64,000 nt of DNA from an uncultured delta proteobacterium (GTDB taxonomy: Bacteria > Desulfobacterota > Binatia > UBA9968). Made by a program: the position numbers and the translations under genes. The notes under the pieces were generated by a model. It was not told the DNA's origin, searched no databases, and was given only the letters and a program-made list of their open reading frames with translations. The stretch spans positions 1,312,001 to 1,376,000 of the forward strand of contig CAVUZH010000003.1 of the NCBI GenBank assembly GCA_963745835.1, given 5' to 3'. Of the stretch, positions 11,631 to 22,634 are shown in pieces. Within the stretch, counting starts at the first letter, position 1. The number at the start of each line of letters is the position of its first letter.

Positions 11631-12227
11631 TTATGACGCCGGTCGGCTCGGAACTACGACGAAACGAGCACGACGATTCTGCCGCCAACAGTTTTCATTT
11701 GATTCGGTGCACACCGGGATCTCCTCACCATAACTGATCGTCGATATGCGTTCGGGAGAAATGCCTAGGCTAACGAGATAATCTTTGGCGGTTTGCGACC
11801 GTTTAGCGCCGAGCGCCAGGTTGTATTCGCTTGTTCCTCGTTCATCGCAATGCCCTTCCACCTCAATTCGAGCTGACGGATTGCTCTTAAGCCAATCTGC
11901 ATTGCCTCTGAGAACATCTCGAGCGTTGCCCCTGAGATCATAACTATCGTATTCAAACAGCACGTCCTTTAACGGGCTTGAAGCGGAAGTGACGGGCGGT
12001 TTGCCTTCTTTCAATTGATCTAGACTCGATGAAGTAGATGGAACAGTCGACTCCTTTGTAGTGCCGGCTCGTCCCTCACCTGCGCTCTTGGTAGCTGATC
12101 CCGAAGGAGTTGCAGATGATGATCCGACGCTTGCCCCATCAGGCTTAGTAGTCGATGGAGCGCAACCCAAGCTCAACAAAATAGAAGCAGCAACGATACC
12201 GTAGCACAGTATTCTAAAGTCGCCCAT
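11631..12227 (-). CDS. pal: Peptidoglycan-associated lipoprotein
   Basis: LGC lipobox, EGHCDERGTSEYNLALG, SYGEE, NRRA. Confidence 0.96.
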   Translation of the reverse strand: MGDFRILCYGIVAASILLSLGCAPSTTKPDGASVGSSSATPSGSATKSAGEGRAGTTKESTVPSTSSSLDQLKEGKPPVTSASSPLKDVLFEYDSYDLRGNARDVLRGNADWLKSNPSARIEVEGHCDERGTSEYNLALGAKRSQTAKDYLVSLGISPERISTISYGEEIPVCTESNENCWRQNRRARFVVVPSRPAS

Positions 12228-12278
12228 CGTAACTCCTTTTTCGGGAACTTGCGCAGAATCAATATGAAATTGAAGAGG

Positions 12279-13601
12279 TTATTCTAACCGAGGAGACCAA
12301 CTCGGCTTTGTATCATCTCCCCCAGAACCTGTCAATCTACGTTGATTTTCGCCAGTGGCTTGCATCACGTATAGATGGTAGCGCCCGGCACGATTTGAGG
12401 AAAATACAATAAACCGGCCATCGGGTGACCACGCCGGATCTTCGTTGTCGAATCCATTATTGGTAAGTCGCGTCGGTTCCCCGCCATCCACAGCGATGCT
12501 GAAAACTGAAAACCGACCGCCAACCCTGCTTATGTAGGCGATTCTATCGCCAGCCGGGGACCAGTCGGGTGAAGTGTTATAACTCCCGCTATAGGTCAAG
12601 CGTCGGGATTTGCCGCTGGCGACATCCAGAATATAGAGTTGGGGCGACCCGCTTCGGTCCGAAACGAACACCAGTTGCCGACCGTCCGGCGACCACGAAG
12701 GCGAAACATCGATGGCTGTATCATCGGTGAGCCGGCGCACAATATCGCCACTCCGTTCGAGCAGGTAAATGTCAGTATTTCCCCCCCGTTCGAGTGAAAC
12801 CGCGACATTTTGCCCATCGGGGGACCATTTGCCGCCGAGATTCAAGCCCGTACGGCTGGAAAACTTTAGGTCTTTGCCGCTGAATAACTCGAATAGATAA
12901 AGACTCGGATTTCTTTCCTTATAGGATGTATAGAGGATGGATTTTCCGTCCGGTGTCCACGACGGCGACAAATTGATAGTCCGATTATTTGTCACCTGGT
13001 ACTTCTCGCTGCCATCGAGATGGGCAACGTGAATCTCCTTAAAACGACCACCACCGGTTGATGTATAGGCGATTCGTGTATTGAAGATGCCCGGCACGCC
13101 AGTGAACTGTTTGATAATTTCATCGGCAAATTTGTGCGCTATGCGGCGAAAATCCCGTGCGCGCCCTGTATACCTTTTACCAATCGTTTCTCTTCCTTGA
13201 GTGACGTCGAACAGCCGAAGCTCCACCGTGACGTCATCGCCCTGAACAGAAAACCTGCCTTTTACCAGGCCCACCGCACCGATGGTCGACCAGTCTTTGA
13301 AATCAAATGTCCCCAGTGTATCGCCACTGCGTTGCGGGTGCTCGATGTAAGTTGCTCGGTCCAAAACTCGAAACCAACCGGAGAGATCAAGATCATAAAC
13401 GATAGCATCCGCCACACCTTCCGATATGCGTCCTGGATCAGCACCATTCCCGGTATTCTTGAGCGGCGAAATGGCTATCGGATATTTCGGCATTCCGGGG
13501 CCGATGACGTCAAGACGCACTTGCGCATAGCTCGCCGAGGCCTGCATGAGCAGATAGAAAATAATCGCTGAAGTAGTTTTTTGCTTCACATCATTCCTCA
13601 A
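12279..13601 (-). CDS. tolB: Tol-Pal beta-propeller protein TolB
   Basis: AHKFADEI, repeated SPSWSPDG (PD40) motifs. Confidence 0.95.
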   Translation of the reverse strand: MRNDVKQKTTSAIIFYLLMQASASYAQVRLDVIGPGMPKYPIAISPLKNTGNGADPGRISEGVADAIVYDLDLSGWFRVLDRATYIEHPQRSGDTLGTFDFKDWSTIGAVGLVKGRFSVQGDDVTVELRLFDVTQGRETIGKRYTGRARDFRRIAHKFADEIIKQFTGVPGIFNTRIAYTSTGGGRFKEIHVAHLDGSEKYQVTNNRTINLSPSWTPDGKSILYTSYKERNPSLYLFELFSGKDLKFSSRTGLNLGGKWSPDGQNVAVSLERGGNTDIYLLERSGDIVRRLTDDTAIDVSPSWSPDGRQLVFVSDRSGSPQLYILDVASGKSRRLTYSGSYNTSPDWSPAGDRIAYISRVGGRFSVFSIAVDGGEPTRLTNNGFDNEDPAWSPDGRFIVFSSNRAGRYHLYVMQATGENQRRLTGSGGDDTKPSWSPRLE

Positions 13602-13602
13602 A

Positions 13603-14638
13603 CTACGGCTGAAAATTCATTTCAACCTGAGCGAAGTCCTTCCGGTACGACTCAGGTGGCGGAGGCAGGGGACTGGATTTCCTCAACGCGCGCAAGATCG
13701 ACTCGTCAAATGCAGCGTCTCCAGATGGTTCAGCGATTTTCAACCCGGTGATTTCCCCGTTGTCCTTAATGCTGAATCGGGCCAAGGCCTTCAAACTCCC
13801 CTTCTGGCCCGGCCACGCCCAATTTTCCTTGATCGTGTTAACGATCTTAGCTTGGTACATGAAAAATTCAGCACCTCTAACCGCCGTACCACCGCCCCGG
13901 CCGCCTTGACCAAGTGCCGCCGCTCCGTCACCTTCTCCGGGACCCACACTGAGGACCTCTCCGCCTTTGGAACTAGCGGCTTTTTGTGTGCTTTCAGCGC
14001 GGCTTTTCACCCGATCGAGCGCGGACTGAATGAGCCTTTCACGCACCTTGTCCATAGCGGATTCATCCTGGCGCCGCAGCGCTCTTAATCTCCTTAGACT
14101 CTTTAGCCGGCTCCTGTTTAGGTTCTTCCCTCTTAATTTCTTTTTTAGGTTCTTCCTTTTTTAATGGCGTATTCTTTACAGCTAACTTGTCCTCAACCGG
14201 AAGTGTTTTCTCAGTGGGTTTGACGGTTTTCTCGGGCTTTTCCAACTTTTCACTTTTATCCGGCTTGGGGATTTCGGTTTTTGCGGGCTTCTCAGATTTC
14301 TCCTGCAGTTTCGGTTTGGCCTGTTTGACTTCAGGAGCCGGGGCCGCGGGTTCGGAGTTAACCTTTTTGGGCGGATCTTTGGGGCTTGTGGCAGGAGAAA
14401 GCTCAGTGCCGGTTCGGTTACCGCCGATTTTTTCTCCTCCGACTAAGTCTACGGTATAGATGGGTGGCGCGGGACGCGTGACAGATGGAAAATAAGGCGA
14501 GAAGATCAATGCTATCAGGACTGCGCCGTGCAAAATAAACGAGAAAACTAACCAATTCGACAGCCGATCGTCTCTCCCCACCGATGCAAGCGACTTTTCT
14601 TCTGACGCAATGGTTTTGCTGTTGGACTCACCTGCCAT
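13603..14638 (-). CDS. tolA: TolA/TonB-family protein (apparent frameshift ~14070)
   Basis: TM with SxxLH, K/E/P-rich linker, TonB_C-like tail (SGDAAFDESILRAL); between tolR and tolB. Confidence 0.88.
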
Positions 14639-14640
14639 TG

Positions 14641-15063
14641 CTATCCGTCTTCTAACGTCGGACGAGTCACCATCCCCACTCTGTCGATACCGGCTTGCTT
14701 TAATTCGGCTATCGTTTGCATTACCAAACCGTAGCGAACATCTTGATCCGCCCTGACGTAAACTTGCTTATCGGCTAGATTAGTGCGAATAGCGCGCATC
14801 TTCGCGCCCAACTCATCCAAACTCATAACGTTATCATTTAAGTAGATCTTGCCATTCTTAGCAATGCTGACAACTAGCAGCTCGTCGGTACCAGGAATAG
14901 CGGCCGCTTTCGCTTGCGGCAAATTGACTTGTACTCCTTGTTGGATGATTGGCGCAGTCACCATGAAAATAACCAGCAGCACCAACATAACGTCAACAAG
15001 CGGAGTAACATTAATCTGCGAAATCGTCGTGCTGTCACGCGATGAAGCGGTGTCCATTGCCAT
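14641..15063 (-). CDS. tolR: TolR
   Basis: INVTPLVDVMLVLLVIFMVTAP. Confidence 0.95.
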   Translation of the reverse strand: MAMDTASSRDSTTISQINVTPLVDVMLVLLVIFMVTAPIIQQGVQVNLPQAKAAAIPGTDELLVVSIAKNGKIYLNDNVMSLDELGAKMRAIRTNLADKQVYVRADQDVRYGLVMQTIAELKQAGIDRVGMVTRPTLEDG

Positions 15064-15078
15064 CTGAACCTCTTTTAC

Positions 15079-15819
15079 TTATTTGAAGAAGTGGCGCTCA
15101 GCTATATTGAGAAATTCGTGAGAAAAATTGTCCATCTCAACAGCCAGCACCTTGATCTGTTGGACGAAGTAGTTGTAGGCCATTAGCGCCGGAATTGCGG
15201 CAGCCAGACCTACAGCAGTGGCGATCAATGCTTCGGCAATCCCTGGCGCCACCGCTTGAATGCTCGATGAATGTGTCGTGCTAAGGCCCATGAATGCGTT
15301 CATAATGCCCCACACCGTGCCAAAAAGTCCTATGAATGGCGCCGCGCTAGCGGTAGTGGCAAGAAAGGTGCAATATTTTTCCAGTTTCGTTATTTCGACA
15401 CTGGTCGCCCGTTTCATGGCCCTGGAAACATTATCGACGCCGCCCAACTCAGTCGTCAAGTTATCGCCGACAGGGGAATCCTTCTTTGAGCGAGATACCC
15501 GGACGAGCTCTTCATAACCCGAGCGAAAGACCTGGCCTACCGGACTAGATTTCAACTCCCGGCTGGCATCGTGTATCGAGGACAAGTTGCGTCTTTCCCA
15601 GAAGATTTCGATGAATTTCTGCGACTCTTTTTTAGCCCTACGCATCTGCCGGAACTTGTACGCGATAATACCCCACCCGACAACCGAAAATAGAACCAGC
15701 AAGTAGAGAATTGCTTGAACAACGATGCCTGATCCCCGAACGAGATCGAGAATCCCATGCGGTTGCGGAACAAATGAGCCATTTTGGGCCAAAAGGTGGA
15801 GCGACCAGAAAGAAAACAT
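15079..15819 (-). CDS. tolQ: TolQ
   Basis: APFIGLFGTVWGIM, APGIAEALIATAVGL. Confidence 0.95.
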   Translation of the reverse strand: MFSFWSLHLLAQNGSFVPQPHGILDLVRGSGIVVQAILYLLVLFSVVGWGIIAYKFRQMRRAKKESQKFIEIFWERRNLSSIHDASRELKSSPVGQVFRSGYEELVRVSRSKKDSPVGDNLTTELGGVDNVSRAMKRATSVEITKLEKYCTFLATTASAAPFIGLFGTVWGIMNAFMGLSTTHSSSIQAVAPGIAEALIATAVGLAAAIPALMAYNYFVQQIKVLAVEMDNFSHEFLNIAERHFFK

Positions 15820-15923
15820 GATGGATTTTGAAATGTTAATTGAAAAAATATTATAACCTCTGTTATTAGTCAATTAGTAAATGCGTATTTCTCAACATTA
15901 ATCGTTCAATTTAGGACGTACGT

Positions 15924-17104
15924 ATGATTTGCGGCATTGATCAAATCGACACCGCCGGAAAGACAGTATTCTTACGAGTCGACTTCAATGTACCTCTCGA
16001 CAAAGGCAAAATCACCGAACCGCATCGCATCGAAAGCGCTGTGCCGACCATCCGAATGATCCTAGACAAGTCAAAGAAAGTAATCATCGCTTCCCATCTG
16101 GGCCGTCCAGGCGGGAGGAAGGATCTGAAATTCAGCCTAGCACCCGTATGTGAGTATCTGGAAAAGTCTCTAAGCCAACCAGTAGTCCTGGCTCCCGATT
16201 GCGTTGGCTCTGAAACTGAGGAACTCGCCCGTGATCCAAACTCGCGAATTGTTCTGCTTGAAAACTTGCGCTTTCATCCCGAAGAGGAAAACAACGATGC
16301 GATTTTCTCCCGCGCTCTTGCCGCGTTGGCCGATGTCTATGTCAATGATGCTTTCGGCGCGGCGCATCGCGCCCATGCTTCCACGGCTGGTATGGCGGCC
16401 TTTTTCGAGGTCAAAGCTGCCGGCCTTTTGCTACAACGAGAGCTCGACTATCTCTCGCGCGTAGTGACGGGCCCAGAAAAGCCTTTCATCGCAATTCTGG
16501 GCGGAGCGAAGGTTTCAGATAAGATCGGCGTCATCAAAAATTTATTACCCAAACTAGACGCGTTGCTTGTCGGCGGGGGAATGGCCTACACGTTTCTGAA
16601 AGCTAACGGAATCAATATCGGGCGCTCGCTGATCGAACAAGATAAGATTTCTGTTGCAAAAGAGCTGATGACAGACGCGGTCAAACACATGGAGTCAAAG
16701 TACTCCTGCCGACGGATCATTTGACTGGAGATGAAAACAAAGAGAATTCTTCCACCAGTGATGTTAACATCTCAGAAGGACGTATTGGATTGGATATTGG
16801 CCCACGAACAATAGATCGCTTCATCGAGGAGATCGGCAGATCCAAAATGGTGCTTTGGAATGGTCCTGTCGGACTATTTGAAGTAGAGCCCTTCGATCAA
16901 GGAAGTAAAGCGTTGGCCCAAGCACTCGCCGCTCATCGGTCCGACATCGTCAGTATTGTTGCCGGCGGCGATACGGTTGCCGCAGTTACGGCCGCGGGGG
17001 TTGCTGATCACATTACTCACCTCTCGACTGGAGGCGGGGCGACTTTGGAGTTTTTAGAAGGGCGTGAGCTTCCCGGCATCAGGGCACTTGAGAAAACCGC
17101 ATGA
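15924..17104 (+). CDS. pgk: Phosphoglycerate kinase (apparent frameshift ~16685)
   Basis: [41 protein letters not shown] across two ORFs. Confidence 0.96.
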
Positions 17105-17853
17105 ACCCGTTGGTTGTCGGCAATTGGAAGATGAACGGGACCTTGTCACAGGCGTCGAGCCTTGCCGCCGCTATCGTTCAAGGTACCAGTCAAAAATCTC
17201 CGAAAGCTGCCCTGGTATTGGCGCCGCCCGCAACAGCCTTGGCTAGCGTACAAGAAAGGATCGCTAGCTCGGGAATCTCGCTGGCCGGCCAGAACTGCCA
17301 TTGGGAAGACAACGGCGCGTTCACCGGCGAGATCAGCCCGGCTATGCTAGCGGATTTGGGTTGCACATACGTGATCGTGGGTCACTCGGAGCGCCGCCAT
17401 ATCTTCAACGAGAGCGATGAAATCACCACGAGAAAATTAGCAGCTGCCATGAGAAACAATCTTCGCCCAATCCTTTGTGTCGGTGAAACTCTCGATCAAC
17501 GCAACGCCGGTAGGACTATGGAGGTTATTTTGCGGCAGATCCAACTTGCGTTGAAGGAGCCAAACGAAAATGTTATAGGAAACCTCGACATTGCTTATGA
17601 GCCAGTCTGGGCTATCGGAACCGGTCACAACGCAGATCCCAGCCAAATCGCTGAAGTCCATGGGGCAATTCGCAGTCACCTGACGAACTCGTTCGGCAAA
17701 GCTAGCGTTCGGATCTTATACGGCGGCAGCGTAAACGCTGAAAATGCCAAGGACCTCAGTAGAATTTCAGAAGTGAACGGCCTTCTTGTGGGAGGAGCAA
17801 GTCTAAAGCCGGAAAGCTTTCTCGGAGTAGTTCGTTGCTTCGACGACGAGTAA
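17101..17853 (+). CDS. tpiA: Triosephosphate isomerase
   Basis: GNWKMN, GHSERR, AYEPVWAIGTG, YGGSV. Confidence 0.97.
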   Translation: MNPLVVGNWKMNGTLSQASSLAAAIVQGTSQKSPKAALVLAPPATALASVQERIASSGISLAGQNCHWEDNGAFTGEISPAMLADLGCTYVIVGHSERRHIFNESDEITTRKLAAAMRNNLRPILCVGETLDQRNAGRTMEVILRQIQLALKEPNENVIGNLDIAYEPVWAIGTGHNADPSQIAEVHGAIRSHLTNSFGKASVRILYGGSVNAENAKDLSRISEVNGLLVGGASLKPESFLGVVRCFDDE

Positions 17854-17857
17854 AAAT

Positions 17858-18238
17858 ATGGTTATAGCAGTTACCATCGTACACATTATTGTTTGTATCG
17901 GATTGATATTGGTTGTCTTGCTGCAAACCGGCAAAGGAGCCGAAATCGGTGCTGTATTCGGCGGCGGTTCTAGCTCGACGATTTTTGGCAGCAGCGGTGC
18001 AGGAAATTTTTTAACTAAGCTTACAACGGCGATGGCTATCGTCTTCATGATCACTTCTCTGACCCTGGGATATTTCGCCGGGCAGCGACCATCGGCAACG
18101 ATTTTTGATAGTCGCAGCCCCGCGTCGCAGCCCGGAGCTCCTGCGGCGCCGGCTAAAGAAGAAGCAGGGTCGACAAAATCCGTTGATAAAACCGCAGCAC
18201 CCTCAGAACAACAACCCGACGGAGCCACGAGTCGATAA
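17858..18238 (+). CDS. secG: Preprotein translocase subunit SecG
   Basis: VLLQTGKGAEIGAVFGGG, NFLTKLT; after tpiA. Confidence 0.95.
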   Translation: MVIAVTIVHIIVCIGLILVVLLQTGKGAEIGAVFGGGSSSTIFGSSGAGNFLTKLTTAMAIVFMITSLTLGYFAGQRPSATIFDSRSPASQPGAPAAPAKEEAGSTKSVDKTAAPSEQQPDGATSR

Positions 18239-18254
18239 TATCAACAAATTATTT

Positions 18255-18341
18255 GCGAGGATGGCGGAATCGGCAGACGCGCTAGTTTGAGGGGCTAGTG
18301 CCCGAAAGGGCGTAGGGGTTCAACTCCCCTTCCTCGCACCA
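18255..18341 (+). tRNA. tRNA-Leu (GAG)
   Basis: Acceptor GCGAGGA/TCCTCGC, anticodon loop TTGAGGG, long variable arm, GTTCAAC T-loop, CCA end. Confidence 0.96.
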
Positions 18342-18599
18342 TTCCCAATCCGTTTCGGGGAGCTTTTTCATTCTGATCCTTCTGTCTGAATAGTCGTTAG
18401 AATCTGCTTCTTTCTCCTCGATGGATACGGCGGTTTAGTTGGTTCCGAATTCCAGCTGATTGGCCCTCACCGTTTAGCTGCCATTTTTGTCGCCCTGAGT
18501 TCGATGCTGTCGATTTTTTGACCAGCGACAAATTTGGTTCTGCCCTATAGCAACTCAGTTTCGCTCATGAATATAGATGCTTACGGCGCCGCGGCATGA

Positions 18600-18615
18600 T
18601 GGCATAAGCCTTGCT
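18600..18615 (+). promoter_or_regulatory. sigma54 (-24/-12) promoter
   Basis: TGGCATAAGCCTTGCT with GG-N10-GC spacing, 25 nt before the HTH gene. Confidence 0.7.
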
Positions 18616-18640
18616 CGATTGCGATCATTCGGGAGCATCT

Positions 18641-18850
18641 ATGATTATGAAACCAGCCGACACCGCGATTAAGTTACTGACTCTAGCTGAGGCGGCGACT
18701 ATTCTGAAAATTTCGAAACGAACGCTGCATCGCATGATTCAGCACCGCCAGATCCCCGCCTTCAAAGTCGGCGGGCAGTGGCGAATTCTGGAGAGTCGGT
18801 TCCAGGAATGGGTGCAAGAAGAAGAGAATCTCGCGCCCAAAGCGGGTTAA
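18641..18850 (+). CDS. Excisionase-family (HTH_17) DNA-binding protein
   Basis: LLTLAEAATILKISKRTLHRMI..IPAFKVGGQWR. Confidence 0.85.
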   Translation: MIMKPADTAIKLLTLAEAATILKISKRTLHRMIQHRQIPAFKVGGQWRILESRFQEWVQEEENLAPKAG

Positions 18851-18974
18851 ATCCGGCAGCAAAGCAAAAGCCCTCCTTGCGATAGAACCGTTCCCGAAAA
18901 ACACCTCCGCCGCAAACCTCCTTCCTACTGCAGACTCCGCGAAACCGAAATAACTGCTTGTATCTGCTCAGTCG

Positions 18975-20444
18975 TCAGTCGCCTGCTTCAGCAAATCCAT
19001 ACGATTGCCAGTTTTTGATAACTTTCTCCTGTAAGTGGCTCGGCCAAAGATTTTCGAGGGTGGCTTTCACCGGAATGCTTTCCGGTGGCCAATCCTTGGG
19101 CCAAGTACAGTCAAAGATGACTCCGGCGGCATCACCGATCAGGCGGTCTTTTGGCGACAAGAACGGCAGCAGGACTGGGAATCCCGGATTATGTGGTACC
19201 TGATGAATTCCATTTACCGGATGACACTTGGTCGTCATCGCATGAAGAACTTCATCCATGTTGGTGGGATCTACGTCGGCATCGACAATGACAATGTAAT
19301 AGGTAAACAGCCCCGGCTTCGTCGCCCAGACAGCGTGGGCTACGCGACGGGCATAATTCACAAACGGAACTTCAGTTGCCACCACCGCCATATGTCCAAC
19401 CGCATAGGGTGGACAGAATGCCCCCTTTACCGGAAAACCTAGTTTTCTAAGCTCAGAGTATATCTCCGCGCCCTTGATTAATGCGGTTGCAGTCTGGCCT
19501 TCATGCACCGGCATTCCCATGTTCGAGAAAGGCAGAATTGGATCGTTTCGATAAGTTATCGCGTTGATCTTCATGATCGGCTTCGGTGAAGATTTCCCCG
19601 CTTCATATCCCATGTACTCGCCAAAAGGTCCTTCGACCATGCGCTCGTGTGGCAATACTTCTCCTTCAAGGACGATCTCAGCAGTCGCTGGAACATCAAG
19701 ATCGACGGTTTCGCATCTCACCAACGAAATCGGCGCATTTTGCAATCCGCCAGCAACATCTACCTCATTCACGTGCGCCGGTATTTGGACGCAGCTCACG
19801 ATCGGTATGACAGGCTGGCCGCCAATTGCTACTGCGATAGGCATTGACCGATTCATCGCCTCATATTTTTGATACATCTGGCCGATATGTTGTTGCAGCG
19901 GGAAAAGACATCCCAGCGTGTTTCGATCGTGGACCATCAGGCGGTACATTCCCCAGTTGACCCATGAACCATCTGGATCCTTGGTGATAACCGTGTGCCA
20001 CGTCCCAATGTACCGCCCGCCATCGCCGCCATGGATCAACGGAATGGGAAATTTAAGAACATCCACGTCGGCCCCTTTCATGATATTTTCTTTACACGGG
20101 CCTGTGCTCACCACGATGGGCTTGATCAAGTTTTTTCTACGTTGCAAATAGGTCTGCATAATTTCTTTTGCTGACGCGCTGGGTCGCAGGCTCAGCGCCA
20201 ATGCAGTGCGAGCAAATAACGAATGCCCCCGCTTCTTACTTGCGCCCAACGGTGCGCCCAGCGTCCGGAATCCCTGCGGATAACCTTTGATGTTCTCGAA
20301 CAACGCCGCCGGCGCGCCAACGTCATAACAGCGTCGCGTGATCGCGCCCATTTCGAGATTCCAATCGACTGGTACTTTGATCCTTTGAACTTCGTCGAAC
20401 TCTTCCAGCAATTCCAGAAAATCTCTGAGGTCATCCATTTTCAT
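18975..20444 (-). CDS. UbiD-family prFMN-dependent (de)carboxylase
   Basis: DLRDFLELLE, DGGRYI, NWGMYR, EGPFGEY. Confidence 0.93.
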   Translation of the reverse strand: MKMDDLRDFLELLEEFDEVQRIKVPVDWNLEMGAITRRCYDVGAPAALFENIKGYPQGFRTLGAPLGASKKRGHSLFARTALALSLRPSASAKEIMQTYLQRRKNLIKPIVVSTGPCKENIMKGADVDVLKFPIPLIHGGDGGRYIGTWHTVITKDPDGSWVNWGMYRLMVHDRNTLGCLFPLQQHIGQMYQKYEAMNRSMPIAVAIGGQPVIPIVSCVQIPAHVNEVDVAGGLQNAPISLVRCETVDLDVPATAEIVLEGEVLPHERMVEGPFGEYMGYEAGKSSPKPIMKINAITYRNDPILPFSNMGMPVHEGQTATALIKGAEIYSELRKLGFPVKGAFCPPYAVGHMAVVATEVPFVNYARRVAHAVWATKPGLFTYYIVIVDADVDPTNMDEVLHAMTTKCHPVNGIHQVPHNPGFPVLLPFLSPKDRLIGDAAGVIFDCTWPKDWPPESIPVKATLENLWPSHLQEKVIKNWQSYGFAEAGD

Positions 20445-20617
20445 TGTTCTCTCCTTGGGCCGGACGCGGCCTCCACCTGAGTGGGAAGCGTAGCAAAGGT
20501 GCGAACTTGCTCAACTCGATCCATTCTTCAGCAACGTTCAAAATTGATTGCTTTCGAGCTTGATCCATCTAAGACAACTTCATGGCATAAGGCGTGACCC
20601 GACTCGGGATTCTTTGG

Positions 20618-20646
20618 TGGACAAAGTCAGGAAGGTCATTTATATT
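20618..20646 (+). promoter_or_regulatory. Putative sigma70 promoter of the bactofilin gene
   Basis: TGGACA-N17-TATATT. Confidence 0.5.
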
Positions 20647-20674
20647 CTCTGGCTTATAAGGAAAGGGGAAACTT

Positions 20675-21058
20675 ATGGCAGATGCGAACAGATCAAACGA
20701 GGCCTATCTTGGGCCCGGCACTAAAATCAACGGAAAACTCTTTTTTGATGGGCCCACGACAATTGAAGGTGATGTCGAGGGGGAAATAACTGGACAAGCC
20801 AACATTACAATCGGTCAACAGGCGACTGTAAAGGGTAAAATCACCGCAGCATCCATCGTTGTCCAGGGCAAAGTCATGGCGGATGTTCAAGCCGAAAAAA
20901 AGTTGGATATTCAGCCGCCCGGTTCCGTAGTGGGTGATGTCACAACGCAGAGTCTGGTCATCGGCGACGGCGCTGTCCTCGAAGGCCACGTCTCCATGAG
21001 AAAAGAAGGTCGCGTTCTGCCCCTTCGCCAAGAAGCGAAAAAAGAAGGCGTCTCCTGA
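20675..21058 (+). CDS. Bactofilin (polymer-forming cytoskeletal protein)
   Basis: Beta-helix repeats: LGPGTKINGKL..IEGDVEGEI..IGDGAVLEGHVSM. Confidence 0.92.
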   Translation: MADANRSNEAYLGPGTKINGKLFFDGPTTIEGDVEGEITGQANITIGQQATVKGKITAASIVVQGKVMADVQAEKKLDIQPPGSVVGDVTTQSLVIGDGAVLEGHVSMRKEGRVLPLRQEAKKEGVS

Positions 21059-21108
21059 GATATCACCCATCGCTAATCGTACAAGTTGCATCCCTCAGGT
21101 ACCGAATT

Positions 21109-22197
21109 CTACAACCCATAAAACGTCTTCGGGTTGTCATACAGAATCTTCTGCACCGCGGATGGCGGAATGTCGCCCTTGTCGGCGCGCTCCTGAAGTA
21201 TCTTACGGAACTCGAGCTCCATTGACGGATCGCGATGCGTATAGTCCGAGCCAACCATCAAGTTGTCCTCGCCGACGCATCGGATGATGTAAGGAAGATC
21301 TTCATCGACCTGACACGTTATGTAGACACGATTGGCCTTGAACACGTTCTCCGCGAGCTCAACCTGAGGAACCCCGAGCACGCTGAGGGCCGTGCGGCCC
21401 TTCTGCTTCTCCTGCTGCCGGCGTAGATCATAGGCGACGAACGGCGCCCACATTGAACCGGCTTCGATACAACCGATGCGTAGCTTGGGAAACTTAGCTG
21501 GGATATTGTGCAATATCAGACCGAGCACACCGTTGATTGCCGCTCCCTTGGTACGCAGGAATTGCCCGTGGGAAAATTCCCGGGCTGGCGAAAAGTCCGG
21601 AACACCCGAGCCTGTGTGAATGCAGATGGGCAGATCGAGCTTTTCGGCTTCGGCATAGAAGGGTTCGAAGTAAGGATCGGCCGGATACTTCCCGCCTTCC
21701 CGATCACCCTTCTTCAACACACCGCAGGCGCCGTGTTCTTTAGCCCAGCGCATCTCGTCCAAAGCGGATTCGATGTTCTGCAGCGGCGGCATACAGACCC
21801 ACCGCAATCTGCCGCCCGATTCACCGCATCGACTACCCAACCAGCGGTTATAGCTGCGCCGCATGGCGGTGTTAAGCTCGGGTTTTTCTGAAGCTTCCAT
21901 TAGGAAAAGGGTCGGATAGATGACCTGGATGTCGGTCCCGAGCTCGTCCATGTGCTTGAGCCGGGCTTTGACGTCTAACAATTCACGCGTCTCCACGGTG
22001 GTGCCGGAATCGACATCGCTGCGGATGAAACGAACCTGGCGTTTGCCATCGATCATCCAGTAGCGCGCCGGCGGCAACTTCGGATCGGGATTCGACGGAT
22101 ACGTTGTCGTCGGTTTATAGGACAATTCAGCGTCCCCAAAATATTCCCAGGTCGCGTCGGTTTCATCGATATGAGTATCTGCATCTATAATTCGCAC
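21109..22197 (-). CDS. Amidohydrolase_2 family protein (decarboxylase/hydratase-like)
   Basis: IIDADTH, ICIHTG, IEAG, GSDYTH, ILYDNPKTFYGL; GTG start with AAGGAG RBS. Confidence 0.88.
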   Translation of the reverse strand: MRIIDADTHIDETDATWEYFGDAELSYKPTTTYPSNPDPKLPPARYWMIDGKRQVRFIRSDVDSGTTVETRELLDVKARLKHMDELGTDIQVIYPTLFLMEASEKPELNTAMRRSYNRWLGSRCGESGGRLRWVCMPPLQNIESALDEMRWAKEHGACGVLKKGDREGGKYPADPYFEPFYAEAEKLDLPICIHTGSGVPDFSPAREFSHGQFLRTKGAAINGVLGLILHNIPAKFPKLRIGCIEAGSMWAPFVAYDLRRQQEKQKGRTALSVLGVPQVELAENVFKANRVYITCQVDEDLPYIIRCVGEDNLMVGSDYTHRDPSMELEFRKILQERADKGDIPPSAVQKILYDNPKTFYGL

Positions 22198-22634
22198 TGC
22201 GTCTCTCCTTATTCGGTATTTATCGACTTCTAATACGCTTTTCGTGAGTTTTAAAGACCTCATTGGATCGACCGACACTCGAATAGACTCTGTCATAGGT
22301 TAGTGACCAAACGCGTCGGCGAAACCACAGCAGCCCGATTTGCCACGTTTTCTTCTCCGCCCAGGAATTCCATACCACCGTCAAATCCAGCAGGACAGGT
22401 TCAAGCGCCACGGGTTTTCGCGAAAAAGCCAGTTAATGCACAGGATTCAAGGTCGTTCATTCTGAACGATGTGAACTATTTTTGGATTTAAAACTCTACG
22501 CGTTTATGGTTGACGTCGCTCAGAGCGCGATGTTAAGCCAAGTCTGAGTCGACTAAATCTACTTCCTTAAGCTCAAAAACAACCGCTGCACTTTGACGTT
22601 TGACTGCGGTTGTGGCGCAGGGAGAAGCAAACTC

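Noticed and set aside
218-17104. Frameshifts in rseP (x2), cdsA, tolA and pgk (also at ~23595, ~23840, ~25850) as programmed frameshifting or pseudogenes
   Set aside because: They are scattered small indels in essential genes with otherwise intact sequence and no shared slippery motif. Long-read assembly error is most likely; a read pileup would decide.
18255-18850. Prophage or integrative island at tRNA-Leu
   Set aside because: No integrase or phage genes, and I found no duplicated tRNA 3' end in the window by eye.
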